NCBI GenBank assembly: GCA_965659745.1
Contig: CBFHXF010000005.1
Location: 7,913-71,912, forward strand
Direction of reading: 5' to 3'
Length of the DNA stretch: 64,000 bases
Source: Bacteroidia bacterium
GTDB lineage: Bacteria; Bacteroidota; Bacteroidia; NS11-12g; UBA955
In this document: positions 28,565 through 38,034 of the stretch, in pieces
Numbering within the stretch: the first letter of the stretch is position 1
How the letters are laid out: each line of letters starts with the position of its first letter
Notes under the pieces: generated by a model
What the model was told of the DNA's origin: nothing
Seen by the model: only the letters and a program-made list of their open reading frames with translations
Databases searched by the model: none
Position numbers and translations under genes: made by a program

Positions 28565-29446
28565 TTAAGCTCCTTCAAGTGCTGCCACACCCCCAACGAT
28601 TTCAGAAATCTCACGGGTAATTGCTGCCTGACGGGCTTGGTTATACGCTAATTTCAGCGATTTAAGCAACTCGCCTGCATTGTCAGTAGCTTTATCCATT
28701 GCTACCATTCGAGCACCATGTTCAGACGCTAATGAGTCTAACATCGCTCTGTATACCTGAGTTTTTAAAGTTCTCGGTATAAGTTCTTCTAAAATTGCGA
28801 TTTTAGAAGGCTCAAAAAGGTAATCGGAATTAACATTATTATTATCAGTAGCTTTGCCAACGATGGGTAAAACGGCCTCATTCGATAGAATTTGAGTGGC
28901 TGCATTTTTAAACTGGTTATAGACAACTTCAATTTTATCTAATTCACCCGATTTAAAACGCTCAATCAATTTTTGAGTAAAATGAAACGCTTTATCCGCA
29001 TTTAAGTCAATAAGGAGATTTTGATATTCTGTATTAACGGTATAACCCAAACGCTTTAGGGTTTCACCCGCTTTTTTACCGATACATAAAATTTCTAAAT
29101 TTCCTGTATTCACCAGGTGTTTGTAATCGTTCTCTAATAAATGACGAGTCCGTTTAGCGACGTTTGCATTAAACGCACCACACAATCCTCTATCACTAGA
29201 AATAACTACCAAACACACTTTCTTAAGCTCACGCTGATTAAAATAAACGGCCAAACGATCGTCATCTGTACTTTCTTGAAGGTTAGACATAATGCCTTGC
29301 AACTTCAATGCATACGGACGCATACGCACAATCGCATCGCTCGCTTTTCTCAGCTTCGTAGCGCTTACCAATTTCATTGCTTTGGTAATTTGCTGGGTAC
29401 TGATTGTTGACGATATACGTGCGCGTATTTCCTTTTGATTTGACAT
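28565..29446 (-). CDS. atpG: F1 ATP synthase gamma subunit
   Basis: N-terminus KEIRARISS..TQQITKAMKLVSA and C-terminus ITREISEIVGG. Confidence 0.95.
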   Translation of the reverse strand: MSNQKEIRARISSTISTQQITKAMKLVSATKLRKASDAIVRMRPYALKLQGIMSNLQESTDDDRLAVYFNQRELKKVCLVVISSDRGLCGAFNANVAKRTRHLLENDYKHLVNTGNLEILCIGKKAGETLKRLGYTVNTEYQNLLIDLNADKAFHFTQKLIERFKSGELDKIEVVYNQFKNAATQILSNEAVLPIVGKATDNNNVNSDYLFEPSKIAILEELIPRTLKTQVYRAMLDSLASEHGARMVAMDKATDNAGELLKSLKLAYNQARQAAITREISEIVGGVAALEGA

Positions 29447-29457
29447 TGTTTAAAAAA

Positions 29458-31038
29458 TTAAGCGGTGTAATTCTTAGAAATTTCTTCTCCAGCGGCTTCC
29501 AAAACGCTTGTAACATTTTCGTCAATTTTACCTGACTTCAATAAGTTCAATACGTCTTTATGCTTTTGTTCTAGGTAAGAAACATAGGCTTCTTCAAATT
29601 CGCGAATTTTATTTACTGGGATATTTCTCAATTTGTTTTTGGTACCCAAATAAATCATTGCGATTTGATTTTCCACCGTTTGAGGAGAGAACTGTGCTTG
29701 CTTCAACATTTCTACGTTTCTCGCACCTTTTTCCAATACCGACTTGGTAGCGGCGTCTAAATCAGAACCAAACTTTGCAAACGCTTCTAATTCGCGGTAT
29801 TGAGCTTGATCCAATTTAAGTGTACCAGCCACTTTCTTCATAGATTTAATTTGAGCATTACCACCCACACGAGATACAGAAATACCTACGTTAATTGCGG
29901 GACGTACACCTGAGTTAAACAAATTAGATTCTAAGAATATTTGTCCGTCTGTAATAGAAATTACGTTAGTAGGAATGTATGCCGATACGTCACCCGCTTG
30001 GGTTTCAATAATTGGCAACGCTGTTAACGAACCACCTCCTTTAACTTTGCCTGCTAACGACGGAGGCAAATCATTCATTTTTGAGGTAATTTCATCATTC
30101 GAGTTCAATTTACACGCACGTTCCAAAATACGGCTATGCAAGTAGAATACGTCACCAGGATATGCTTCACGCCCTGGAGGACGACGTAGCAACAAGGAAA
30201 CCTCACGATACGCAACGGCTTGTTTTGACAAATCGTCATATACCACTAACGCAGGAAGTCCTAAATCGCGGAAATATTCACCAATTGCACAACCTGACAT
30301 TGGAGAGAAAAATTGTAATGGAGCAGGAGCAGAAGCAGGGGCAGAAACCACCACTGTGTAGGCCATTGCACCATTTTCCTCCAAAGACTTAACCACTTGC
30401 TTTACGGTAGACTCTTTCTGACCACAAGCTACGTATATACAAAAAACTGGTTTTCCAGCTTCGTAAAACTCTTTTTGATTGATGATGGTATCGATAGCAA
30501 TAGCGGTTTTACCTGTTTGGCGGTCGCCAATGATAAGCTCACGTTGACCTCTACCAATTGGAATCATTGCATCGATTGCTTTTATACCGGTTTGAAGTGG
30601 CTCTGTAACGGGCTCACGGAATAATACACCCGGTGCTTTACGTTCAAGAGGCATCTCATATAAGTCTCCCTGAATAGGTCCTTTACCATCAATGGGCTCT
30701 CCTAAAGCGTTTACAACACGACCCAACATACCATGACCTACTTGAAGACTGGCAATTTTGTTGGTGCGTTTTACTTTGTCGCCTTCTTTGATATCGGTAC
30801 TACTACCCATCAAAACCGCACCCACATTGTCTTCTTCTAGGTTCAATACTACAGCGCGAACGCCATTTTCGAACTCAACGAGTTCACCACTTTGAACTCC
30901 GAAAAGTCCGTAAATACGGGCAATACCATCTCCAACTTGAAGTACGGTACCTACCTCTTCTAAACTAGCAGCACTGCTGAAACCAGCGATCTGGTCTTTC
31001 AATATGCTGGATACTTCGTCTGGCCTAATGTGTGACAT
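29458..31038 (-). CDS. atpA: F1 ATP synthase alpha subunit
   Basis: Walker A GDRQTGKT. 526 aa with full-length alpha motifs. Confidence 0.97.
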   Translation of the reverse strand: MSHIRPDEVSSILKDQIAGFSSAASLEEVGTVLQVGDGIARIYGLFGVQSGELVEFENGVRAVVLNLEEDNVGAVLMGSSTDIKEGDKVKRTNKIASLQVGHGMLGRVVNALGEPIDGKGPIQGDLYEMPLERKAPGVLFREPVTEPLQTGIKAIDAMIPIGRGQRELIIGDRQTGKTAIAIDTIINQKEFYEAGKPVFCIYVACGQKESTVKQVVKSLEENGAMAYTVVVSAPASAPAPLQFFSPMSGCAIGEYFRDLGLPALVVYDDLSKQAVAYREVSLLLRRPPGREAYPGDVFYLHSRILERACKLNSNDEITSKMNDLPPSLAGKVKGGGSLTALPIIETQAGDVSAYIPTNVISITDGQIFLESNLFNSGVRPAINVGISVSRVGGNAQIKSMKKVAGTLKLDQAQYRELEAFAKFGSDLDAATKSVLEKGARNVEMLKQAQFSPQTVENQIAMIYLGTKNKLRNIPVNKIREFEEAYVSYLEQKHKDVLNLLKSGKIDENVTSVLEAAGEEISKNYTA

Positions 31039-31044
31039 GATTTT

Positions 31045-31584
31045 TTATGCGATTTGAAGTTCTTTTTTAATTTTTTTCAATTGTGTTGACACGGTATTAT
31101 CAAAGATGCGACCGTTAAATTCGATTGTTATACCTCCTATTATTGAAGCATCTAATCGGGTATTAATTCTAACTGTATTGGCTTTCGTGTGTGTTTTAAC
31201 ATAATTTTCGATTTCCGAAATTGTGGAATTCGAAATTGCTACGGCACTTTCAACTTCTACCAAAACAATTTTTTGAGACTCGTTGTACATTTTCATAAAC
31301 CCTTCTCCCATTGCAGGAATAAAGGATTCACGTTTTTTATCCACCATAAGTGCATACATGCCTTTGGTTAAGGCATGTTGCTTGGAAAAAATACTTTCCA
31401 AGGCATTCTTTTTGGCAGACATTTTATACATAGGGCTCTGTATGAACAACATGAAGTCGCGGCTTTCTTCGGAAAGCACGATCAGCTCCTCTACATTGTC
31501 TTTAACCACTTCCAATAAACCTTCTTCTTGAGCTTTGTCAAAAAGGGCTTTGGCATAACGGGCGGCAATACGTTGTTCAGACAT
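31045..31584 (-). CDS. atpH: F1 ATP synthase delta (OSCP) subunit
   Basis: 179 aa. N-terminus ARYAKALF and position between atpF and atpA. Confidence 0.9.
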   Translation of the reverse strand: MSEQRIAARYAKALFDKAQEEGLLEVVKDNVEELIVLSEESRDFMLFIQSPMYKMSAKKNALESIFSKQHALTKGMYALMVDKKRESFIPAMGEGFMKMYNESQKIVLVEVESAVAISNSTISEIENYVKTHTKANTVRINTRLDASIIGGITIEFNGRIFDNTVSTQLKKIKKELQIA

Positions 31585-31587
31585 GGC

Positions 31588-32091
31588 TTATGCTTGTGCT
31601 TTTTGGGTTAATTCGTTTAAATGGTGAGAAATCAATTTTTGTTGTGCATCATTGTTAGCAAGTGTATCTGCTAAAAGTTTTTCTGCAATTTGAACTGAGA
31701 AAGAAGCGATTTCTTTTTTCAATTCATCCATAGCCGCAGACTTTTGCTTGTTGATTTCATCACTAGCGCGGGCCATGATTTTCTTTGCTTCGTCTTCGGC
31801 AGCTGATTTTGCATCACCCACAATCTTTTCTTTCATTTCGCGTGCCTCTTTTAACATGGCATCGCGTTCTTGACGGGCTTGAGCGAGCAATTGCTCGTTC
31901 TCACCTTGTAATTTAGCCATCTCGTTGCGCGCTTGTTCCGCTTGCGACAACGATTGGTTGATACTATCTTCACGGTCTTTGATAGAGCCCAAGATGGGTC
32001 CCCAAGCAAATTTTTTCAGAATGAATAATAGGATGCTGAAAGTAACCAACATCCAAAATACCAAACCTATAGCAGGAGTTACTAATTGCAT
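31588..32091 (-). CDS. atpF: Fo ATP synthase b subunit
   Basis: N-terminal TM followed by a long charged helix. Position in the operon. Confidence 0.9.
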   Translation of the reverse strand: MQLVTPAIGLVFWMLVTFSILLFILKKFAWGPILGSIKDREDSINQSLSQAEQARNEMAKLQGENEQLLAQARQERDAMLKEAREMKEKIVGDAKSAAEDEAKKIMARASDEINKQKSAAMDELKKEIASFSVQIAEKLLADTLANNDAQQKLISHHLNELTQKAQA

Positions 32092-32139
32092 TTTTTCGTT
32101 TTTAAAAACGGGGGCTGTTTTGCAGCCCCCGAAGGGATC

Positions 32140-32412
<273 letters not shown>

Positions 32413-32445
32413 TTATGTGTTAGATTTAGTTTATTTCTTTGGTTA

Positions 32446-33642
32446 TTAATGATGATGTTCCTCCACTGCCATACCAATGTAGATTGTGGACAGCAAAGTA
32501 AATACAAAAGCTTGAAGGAATGCTACTAAAAGTTCGAGCATGCTCATAAAAACAGTAAAAGCTACGCTTAATGGACTCACAGCATATCCTAAATTCGGGT
32601 TCATGTTTCCAAAAATGAATATCAAACTGAAAAATCCTAGAATTATAATATGTCCGGCAGTAATGTTAGCAAACAAACGCAACATCAACACGAAAGGCTT
32701 TAATATAACACCCAGGATTTCGATAGGAATAATGATAACATACATCCAAACCGGCACGTCTGGCATGAAAATATGCTTCCAATAGTACTTGTTACCACTG
32801 AAGGTTACTGTTACAAATACTACCAATGCCAATACCATAGTTACCGAGATGTTACCCGTAACGTTAGCTCCTCCTGGGAAAACAGGAATCAATCCGAACA
32901 AATTCAATGTGAATATGAAAAAGAAAATACTCAACAATAAAGGCATGTAATTATCGGCTTTCTTTCCAATAGTAGGACGCGCAATATCGTCGCGTAAAAA
33001 TAAAATCAAAGGCTCAATCAGATTATATATCCCTTTGGGAGCTTTACCTGCGTTGGCGGCGTAGTGACGGGCCATTTTAACCACTAGGATGATTAAAAAT
33101 ATGGAACCTATTAACAAGGCTAAAACGTTCTTGGTTAAGCTAAAATCATAAATAGATTCGCTATTGGAAGCATCTTCCCAAATTACGATTCCATCGTGCG
33201 ACAATTTAAATCCTTCATACGAGGCATGTCCATGGTGAAAATTCGAAGAAGAAAACACAGTAAGTCCTTTGGTAGACGTGTATAAAATAATGGGTAATGG
33301 TATGGATACCGCATGATCGCCCTCACCCCACAAATGCCAATCATGCGCATCAGCGATGTGTTCCATGATCATTTTACCAGGCTCAAACCCCTCTGCTTCA
33401 TGACTTTCTGCATGACCGCCGTTTGCTTCAGAATGATCAACAGATGCCTCGTCGTGTGATGTAGAGGCGGCTGCTTCATGGTTGTGCATGCTTGAAGGGT
33501 CGTGTTCAGCTGTTTCTGAATGTTTTTCTGACAAATTTGGGGTGTTTGTCATTCCCGAATTTGCTAAAAACATCGCAAAAAACAAGGCAAAGAACATTTT
33601 TCCAAACCTCACACCTTCTTTAGTACATTGATTTTCAGACAT
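32446..33642 (-). CDS. atpB: Fo ATP synthase a subunit with His/acid-rich N-terminal extension
   Basis: The C-terminal half has the a-subunit core (LRLFANITAGH..). The N-terminus has a signal-like helix and then an H/E/A/S-rich spacer. Confidence 0.9.
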   Translation of the reverse strand: MSENQCTKEGVRFGKMFFALFFAMFLANSGMTNTPNLSEKHSETAEHDPSSMHNHEAAASTSHDEASVDHSEANGGHAESHEAEGFEPGKMIMEHIADAHDWHLWGEGDHAVSIPLPIILYTSTKGLTVFSSSNFHHGHASYEGFKLSHDGIVIWEDASNSESIYDFSLTKNVLALLIGSIFLIILVVKMARHYAANAGKAPKGIYNLIEPLILFLRDDIARPTIGKKADNYMPLLLSIFFFIFTLNLFGLIPVFPGGANVTGNISVTMVLALVVFVTVTFSGNKYYWKHIFMPDVPVWMYVIIIPIEILGVILKPFVLMLRLFANITAGHIIILGFFSLIFIFGNMNPNLGYAVSPLSVAFTVFMSMLELLVAFLQAFVFTLLSTIYIGMAVEEHHH

Positions 33643-34033
33643 TTGAATTTTTATTGAGCTTTTCCGAATCGGGGCGCAAGTTAGTGCGCATTTCTAAAAT
33701 ATCAAAGAAAAGAAAGAAAAGAAAAGTGAGTCCAAATACAATAACGAAAGGAAACTGAATAGGTTTCATATTAAACAGACTAATAGCCAAAAAGATAAGT
33801 ACTAAAAAGAGTCGCACCATTGAACCAATCATGAGCCTCCGAATTCTTTTATTTTCTGAAATATTGCTATCGTGGTAGGTAAAATACCTCACGAGTACAA
33901 AAAGTAGGGCTAAATAGAGGATTCCAACATAAGAAATTGGAGGTAGTTGAACTTGGGTTATTTGAACCCCTACCATCACACTCAAAAAAATCACTAAGGA
34001 GAGTATGCCGGCCTTGATAATGTAACTTTTCAT
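33635..34033 (-). CDS. Hypothetical 4-TM membrane protein in the atp operon
   Basis: 132 aa with four hydrophobic segments. Start and stop overlap the neighbours atpZ and atpB. Confidence 0.5.
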   Translation of the reverse strand: MKSYIIKAGILSLVIFLSVMVGVQITQVQLPPISYVGILYLALLFVLVRYFTYHDSNISENKRIRRLMIGSMVRLFLVLIFLAISLFNMKPIQFPFVIVFGLTFLFFLFFDILEMRTNLRPDSEKLNKNSNV

Positions 34034-34245
34034 TTAATCGATTTCAGAGATTTGAAAATGCGGTAGAATGCGATAGCCATTCCTGTAAATATACCTAGTA
34101 GCGTTCCGATTGGAAATTTGGCGTTGGTTTTTTGATCGATAAATCGCCCAATAAAAGTTCCCAATAAAATGGTTACAATCATTTGCAGCGCCATACTTGT
34201 ATAGGTAAGGAAACTACGATTCCGATTCTGAGGTGATTGTTTCAC
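34030..34245 (-). CDS. AtpZ/AtpI family protein
   Basis: 71 aa, two TM. YTSMALQMIVTILLGTFIGRFIDQK matches the AtpZ/AtpI pattern. Confidence 0.7.
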   Translation of the reverse strand: MKQSPQNRNRSFLTYTSMALQMIVTILLGTFIGRFIDQKTNAKFPIGTLLGIFTGMAIAFYRIFKSLKSIK

Positions 34246-34639
34246 TGCGCTTTGGTTTTTGAGCCTTTAAATCGTTACCCATTTTACAATACCCATTAAA
34301 CGTGCCACCTTGTTCTATGATAATCTGACGGGTTTGAATGTCGCCCACTACCGAAGAGGTAGTATGTAAAACGGTAGTTTCATCGGTAATGATATTTCCT
34401 TTTACCGTTCCGGAAATGCTCACGTTAGCCGCAAGGATATCACCGTGTACACTTCCCGTTTCGCCAATAACTAATTTCTGCCCCACTTCCATGTTGCCCT
34501 TCACCGTACCATCTACCCTAATATCTCCACTACATTGAATATTTCCCGTAATAATAGTACCAGAACCTATTAAGTTAAGCAGGGCTTGTGGGGCCATAGA
34601 GCTTTTGTTTTTGGATTTTCCGCTTCCGAGCATATTCAA
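34214..34639 (-). CDS. Bactofilin (polymer-forming cytoskeletal protein)
   Basis: Repetitive beta-helix motif (IGSGTIITGNIQCSGDIRVDGTVKGNM...VHGDILAANVSISGTVKGNI). Confidence 0.85.
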   Translation of the reverse strand: MNMLGSGKSKNKSSMAPQALLNLIGSGTIITGNIQCSGDIRVDGTVKGNMEVGQKLVIGETGSVHGDILAANVSISGTVKGNIITDETTVLHTTSSVVGDIQTRQIIIEQGGTFNGYCKMGNDLKAQKPKRSETITSESES

Positions 34640-34663
34640 GAGATATTAAAAATAATGATTCAT

Positions 34664-34671
34664 GCAAATAT
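34664..34671 (-). promoter_or_regulatory. Candidate -7 promoter box (TATATTTG) upstream of the bactofilin-atp gene string
   Basis: The minus strand reads TATATTTG 25 nt upstream of the bactofilin ATG. No well-spaced -33 TTG was seen. Confidence 0.35.
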
Positions 34672-34724
34672 ACTTAAATCCTCACAATAGATAAATGTTA
34701 AAAAATCAAAAGCCTTTAAACCAA

Positions 34725-35093
34725 TCATTGCATACGAACCGATGTTGAATCATACGGTTTTTCATTTTCAGAAAGTAAATCGTTGAGTACCTTAGATTTT
34801 TGATTGCGTATTTCAATCTGCTTCTTAATATCAGTTAGCTCTTGATTCAACCAAATCAATTCTTGCTTGTCACTGCTGCTTAAACCATTTGGTAACACAT
34901 TTCTCAAAGGCGTATACGCATATAAAAAGTAAGATATCAGCGCTACTATCAAGAACAAAGCACTAAAGATGCTGAGCGTATTGAGTAAATTAATTTTGAC
35001 CGATGCTATTTCCGCAAAAGATTCATCATTCATTAAAACCAAACGGTGTTTATTCCGAAGTTTAGAGATAATTTTGTTGCGATTGGGCTTCAT
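34725..35093 (-). CDS. Membrane-anchored coiled-coil protein resembling only the N-terminal module of Bacteroidota M23 peptidases
   Basis: KLRNKHRLVLMNDESFAE.., a TM, YTPLRNVLPNG, then a coiled coil. It stops at 122 aa with no M23 catalytic domain. Confidence 0.5.
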   Translation of the reverse strand: MKPNRNKIISKLRNKHRLVLMNDESFAEIASVKINLLNTLSIFSALFLIVALISYFLYAYTPLRNVLPNGLSSSDKQELIWLNQELTDIKKQIEIRNQKSKVLNDLLSENEKPYDSTSVRMQ

Positions 35094-35159
35094 ATAAAAA
35101 ATCGATTAAGCGAATTGTCAAATATTTCTCCAAAAATACCGTTTTTACCACATAAATCT

Positions 35160-37814
35160 ATGAGATTTGCGTTTATCAGAGCGCTGCGCCCTACATATGT
35201 CACCTTTGGCTTACTAACAGCCCTTTTGTTTTCATCTTGTGGAAATGAATCTTCATGGACCTACAAGGCATGGCACAACACCTTAGCTCACTATAACATA
35301 TATTTCAACGGCGAGCAAAAGTGGCTCGAAACCTATCAAGTCGTTCGAGAATCTTACAAAGACGATTTCCGAAAACCCATAAACCTTTTTAATTATGGAA
35401 CGGCAGAATCCTTGCAGGGAAATCTTGGAGCCATGGATGAAGTCGTTAAAAAAGCGAGTACCATGATCGATAAACACCCCAAAAGCAAATGGGTCGATGA
35501 TGCCTATCTGTTAACGGGAAAAGCCTATTTATTCAAAGGTGATGCGATAGCGGCTATCAATATTTTTGATTTTGTTTCCAGTCAATACAAAGACCCTAAA
35601 ATCGTTTTTCAAGCGAAACTATGGTCTGTTAGAGCCCTCCTTTTGCAAGGTAAAATCATCGATGCCGAAGCAATGGCAGCTACCATTTTAAAGAACCCAA
35701 AACTTCCGAAAGAGCTTTTTCATGTAGCGCAATTTACCTTGGGGGCCATTTACCACCAACAGAAAAAATACCAACAATCGGCCGATTTACTTCAAAAAGC
35801 ACTACCTCGACTTACCGATAGGATGGATTGCTATCGCACCCATTTTGCATTAGGACAAGCCTATCAAAAAACAGGAGATTTCAGCAAGGCAGAGAAGGCC
35901 TTTGCAAAAGTGCCGCGATTCAATCCTCCCTATGATATAACCTTTAATTCACAAATTGAACAGGTTAGCATTTTATCCGCCCAACAACGCGACTTTGCAA
36001 AGGCCAATAAAATTCTTAATCGCATGCTAAAAGACGATAAGAACCTAGAATATAAAGGACAAATATATTATCGCATGGCCTTAAACGAATTAGACGCCGG
36101 CAATACCAATAAAGCAATAGAAACATTAAAAATATCAGTTCAACAATCCATTACCGATAAAAATCAGAAAACGAGTTCCTATCTTAAAATTGGAGATATC
36201 TTCTACCAACAAAAAGCCTACCTGCAGGCTGGCATTTACTACGATTCTGCCAATCGCGTGTTAGACGAAACCCACCCAGATTTCGAAGCTATTTTAGCTA
36301 AAAATCAAATTGTTACCGATTTGTTGGAGCATTTGGTGCGCATCTCTCAAAATGATTCTTTGATTCGTTTGGTGCGCGATGAAAACTTCCTTGCCGAAAA
36401 AATAAAAATCGCAAAGCGAAAAGAGAAAGAAGCATCAGATCGTGCAAAAGAATTAGCCGAACAATCCAAAAATCGAGCCGCTCCCGCATTCCCTACCAAT
36501 CCAGGTATGCCCATGAATCCGAATTTAGGCGGATCCTCCTCTGGAAGTTCCTTCCCTTTTTATAATATCGTTACCCGTAAAAATGGCATCGCCGAATTTA
36601 ACAGAACTTACGGACAACGACCCAATGTGGATTTTTGGAAATACAGCAGTAAAATGCAAGTGTCTAATAACACGGTCCAAAAAGACAACGATGATCCGGA
36701 TCTTTCCCTAAATGACAGTGCAACAAAAAAATCTGAAATTACCAGCGATAGGTTAAAAAACATTGCCAAAGAAGACCGCAAATATTACGAAAACCTGCCT
36801 TTTGAAATAGCCCAACAAGAAAAACTCCTTCAGGAAGTTGAAATATCACTTTTTGAATCCGCCGGAATTTATGCGACCAAATTAAATGAACACGAAACCG
36901 CTCAAAATCAATACCTTAATTTGATAAATAGGTTTGCGAATTCGGCCTATTTGCCTCAAACTTATTATGAATTAATCAAACTACACCGTATCGAAAACCA
37001 TCCCTCTTTAGCTCGATTGTATACTGATACTCTAAAGACAAAATTCCCAGAGAGCATCTACGTAAAAATGATTGATAATCCAGAGGCCGTTAACAGCATC
37101 CGGAATCCCCAAGCAGAAAGCAACCAAATTATCCAAAATTATTACGATTCTATGCTCATCGCCTTCCAAAACAAACGCTACCAAGAGGCCATTCAGATTA
37201 AACTCAATACCGATAAAACCTATTCTGGAAATAGCTTGCAACCGCGGTTTGACTTCGTTTATGGATTGTGTTTATTGAAGAGCGATTCGGTTAAAGCCAC
37301 CGAAATTTTCAAACAAATCAGCCTCGATTATCCCAATACCGATGTGAGTCACCGTTCCAAAAGCATCCTTGTTTCCCTAGAAAAACGAAACATATCGGTA
37401 CTCCCCGACTCTGTTAAAAATCTTCTATCTGGGGGAAATTCTTTCAGCATCCCTAAGCCTACCGATAAACTAGATGCCCTTGTTATACTGCCTAAGTCTA
37501 CCAATGTTAATATGGTCAAAGCACTTATCAGTGATCTAAACAAAAAGGAGTTTTCCTTCGATGAATTGATTATGGGCAGGCATATTCCAGTGAAGGAATC
37601 TTATATTTTGTTAGTCGAAAACTTCAGTTCTGCCGATAAAACCCGTTTTTACGCCCGATATCTTTCCCAACAAACCGACCTATTCAATAGCCGGGGCATT
37701 TTCAAATACGAAACGCTGACTATTTCTACTGAGAATTTGCAGTTATTACTGAAAAACGAAAATATCGAGGATTACGTGAAGTGGCATAAGGCGAAATTCA
37801 CAAATCTTGATTAA
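35160..37814 (+). CDS. TPR-repeat lipoprotein, PorW/SprE-like (T9SS-associated)
   Basis: Start at MRFAF.. with lipobox LFSSCG. Has the WHNTLAHYNIYFNG motif, multiple TPR-like repeats and ~880 aa. The PorW/SprE assignment is from recall of architecture only. Confidence 0.45.
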   Translation: MRFAFIRALRPTYVTFGLLTALLFSSCGNESSWTYKAWHNTLAHYNIYFNGEQKWLETYQVVRESYKDDFRKPINLFNYGTAESLQGNLGAMDEVVKKASTMIDKHPKSKWVDDAYLLTGKAYLFKGDAIAAINIFDFVSSQYKDPKIVFQAKLWSVRALLLQGKIIDAEAMAATILKNPKLPKELFHVAQFTLGAIYHQQKKYQQSADLLQKALPRLTDRMDCYRTHFALGQAYQKTGDFSKAEKAFAKVPRFNPPYDITFNSQIEQVSILSAQQRDFAKANKILNRMLKDDKNLEYKGQIYYRMALNELDAGNTNKAIETLKISVQQSITDKNQKTSSYLKIGDIFYQQKAYLQAGIYYDSANRVLDETHPDFEAILAKNQIVTDLLEHLVRISQNDSLIRLVRDENFLAEKIKIAKRKEKEASDRAKELAEQSKNRAAPAFPTNPGMPMNPNLGGSSSGSSFPFYNIVTRKNGIAEFNRTYGQRPNVDFWKYSSKMQVSNNTVQKDNDDPDLSLNDSATKKSEITSDRLKNIAKEDRKYYENLPFEIAQQEKLLQEVEISLFESAGIYATKLNEHETAQNQYLNLINRFANSAYLPQTYYELIKLHRIENHPSLARLYTDTLKTKFPESIYVKMIDNPEAVNSIRNPQAESNQIIQNYYDSMLIAFQNKRYQEAIQIKLNTDKTYSGNSLQPRFDFVYGLCLLKSDSVKATEIFKQISLDYPNTDVSHRSKSILVSLEKRNISVLPDSVKNLLSGGNSFSIPKPTDKLDALVILPKSTNVNMVKALISDLNKKEFSFDELIMGRHIPVKESYILLVENFSSADKTRFYARYLSQQTDLFNSRGIFKYETLTISTENLQLLLKNENIEDYVKWHKAKFTNLD

Positions 37815-37853
37815 TACTGGATTCGAATAAATGATTAGGTACATACATCCTTT

Positions 37854-37990
37854 GGAACTATGTGCCCACAATATTGATTTACAAGCATCAATATTCATTT
37901 GATCGATTATATTCTCTGGAACTTCTGTGCCAACTAATTTGATACAATCATAATTGAAAAGCTTAATTATAACAACTAGAACTTCTGTGC
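37854..37990 (+). repeat. Three direct repeats of GAACT(T/A)(C)TGTGC spaced 64 and 60 nt, plus a 9-bp perfect palindrome
   Basis: GGAACTATGTGCC at 37854-37866, GGAACTTCTGTGCC at 37918-37931, AGAACTTCTGTGC at 37978-37990. Palindrome AATATTGAT-N8-ATCAATATT at 37870-37895. Confidence 0.6.
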
Positions 37991-38034
37991 AAATTCAAAA
38001 TACCCGTATATTTGAAGTATAAACCGCGGCATTC

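Noticed and set aside
37853-37931. The TGGAAC..TGTGCC repeats as sigma-54 (-24 GG / -12 GC) promoters.
   Set aside because: The GG-to-GC spacing is 10-11 nt instead of the 12 nt in TGGCACG-N4-TTGC. The -24 element is TGGAAC rather than TGGCAC, and the -12 TTGC is missing.
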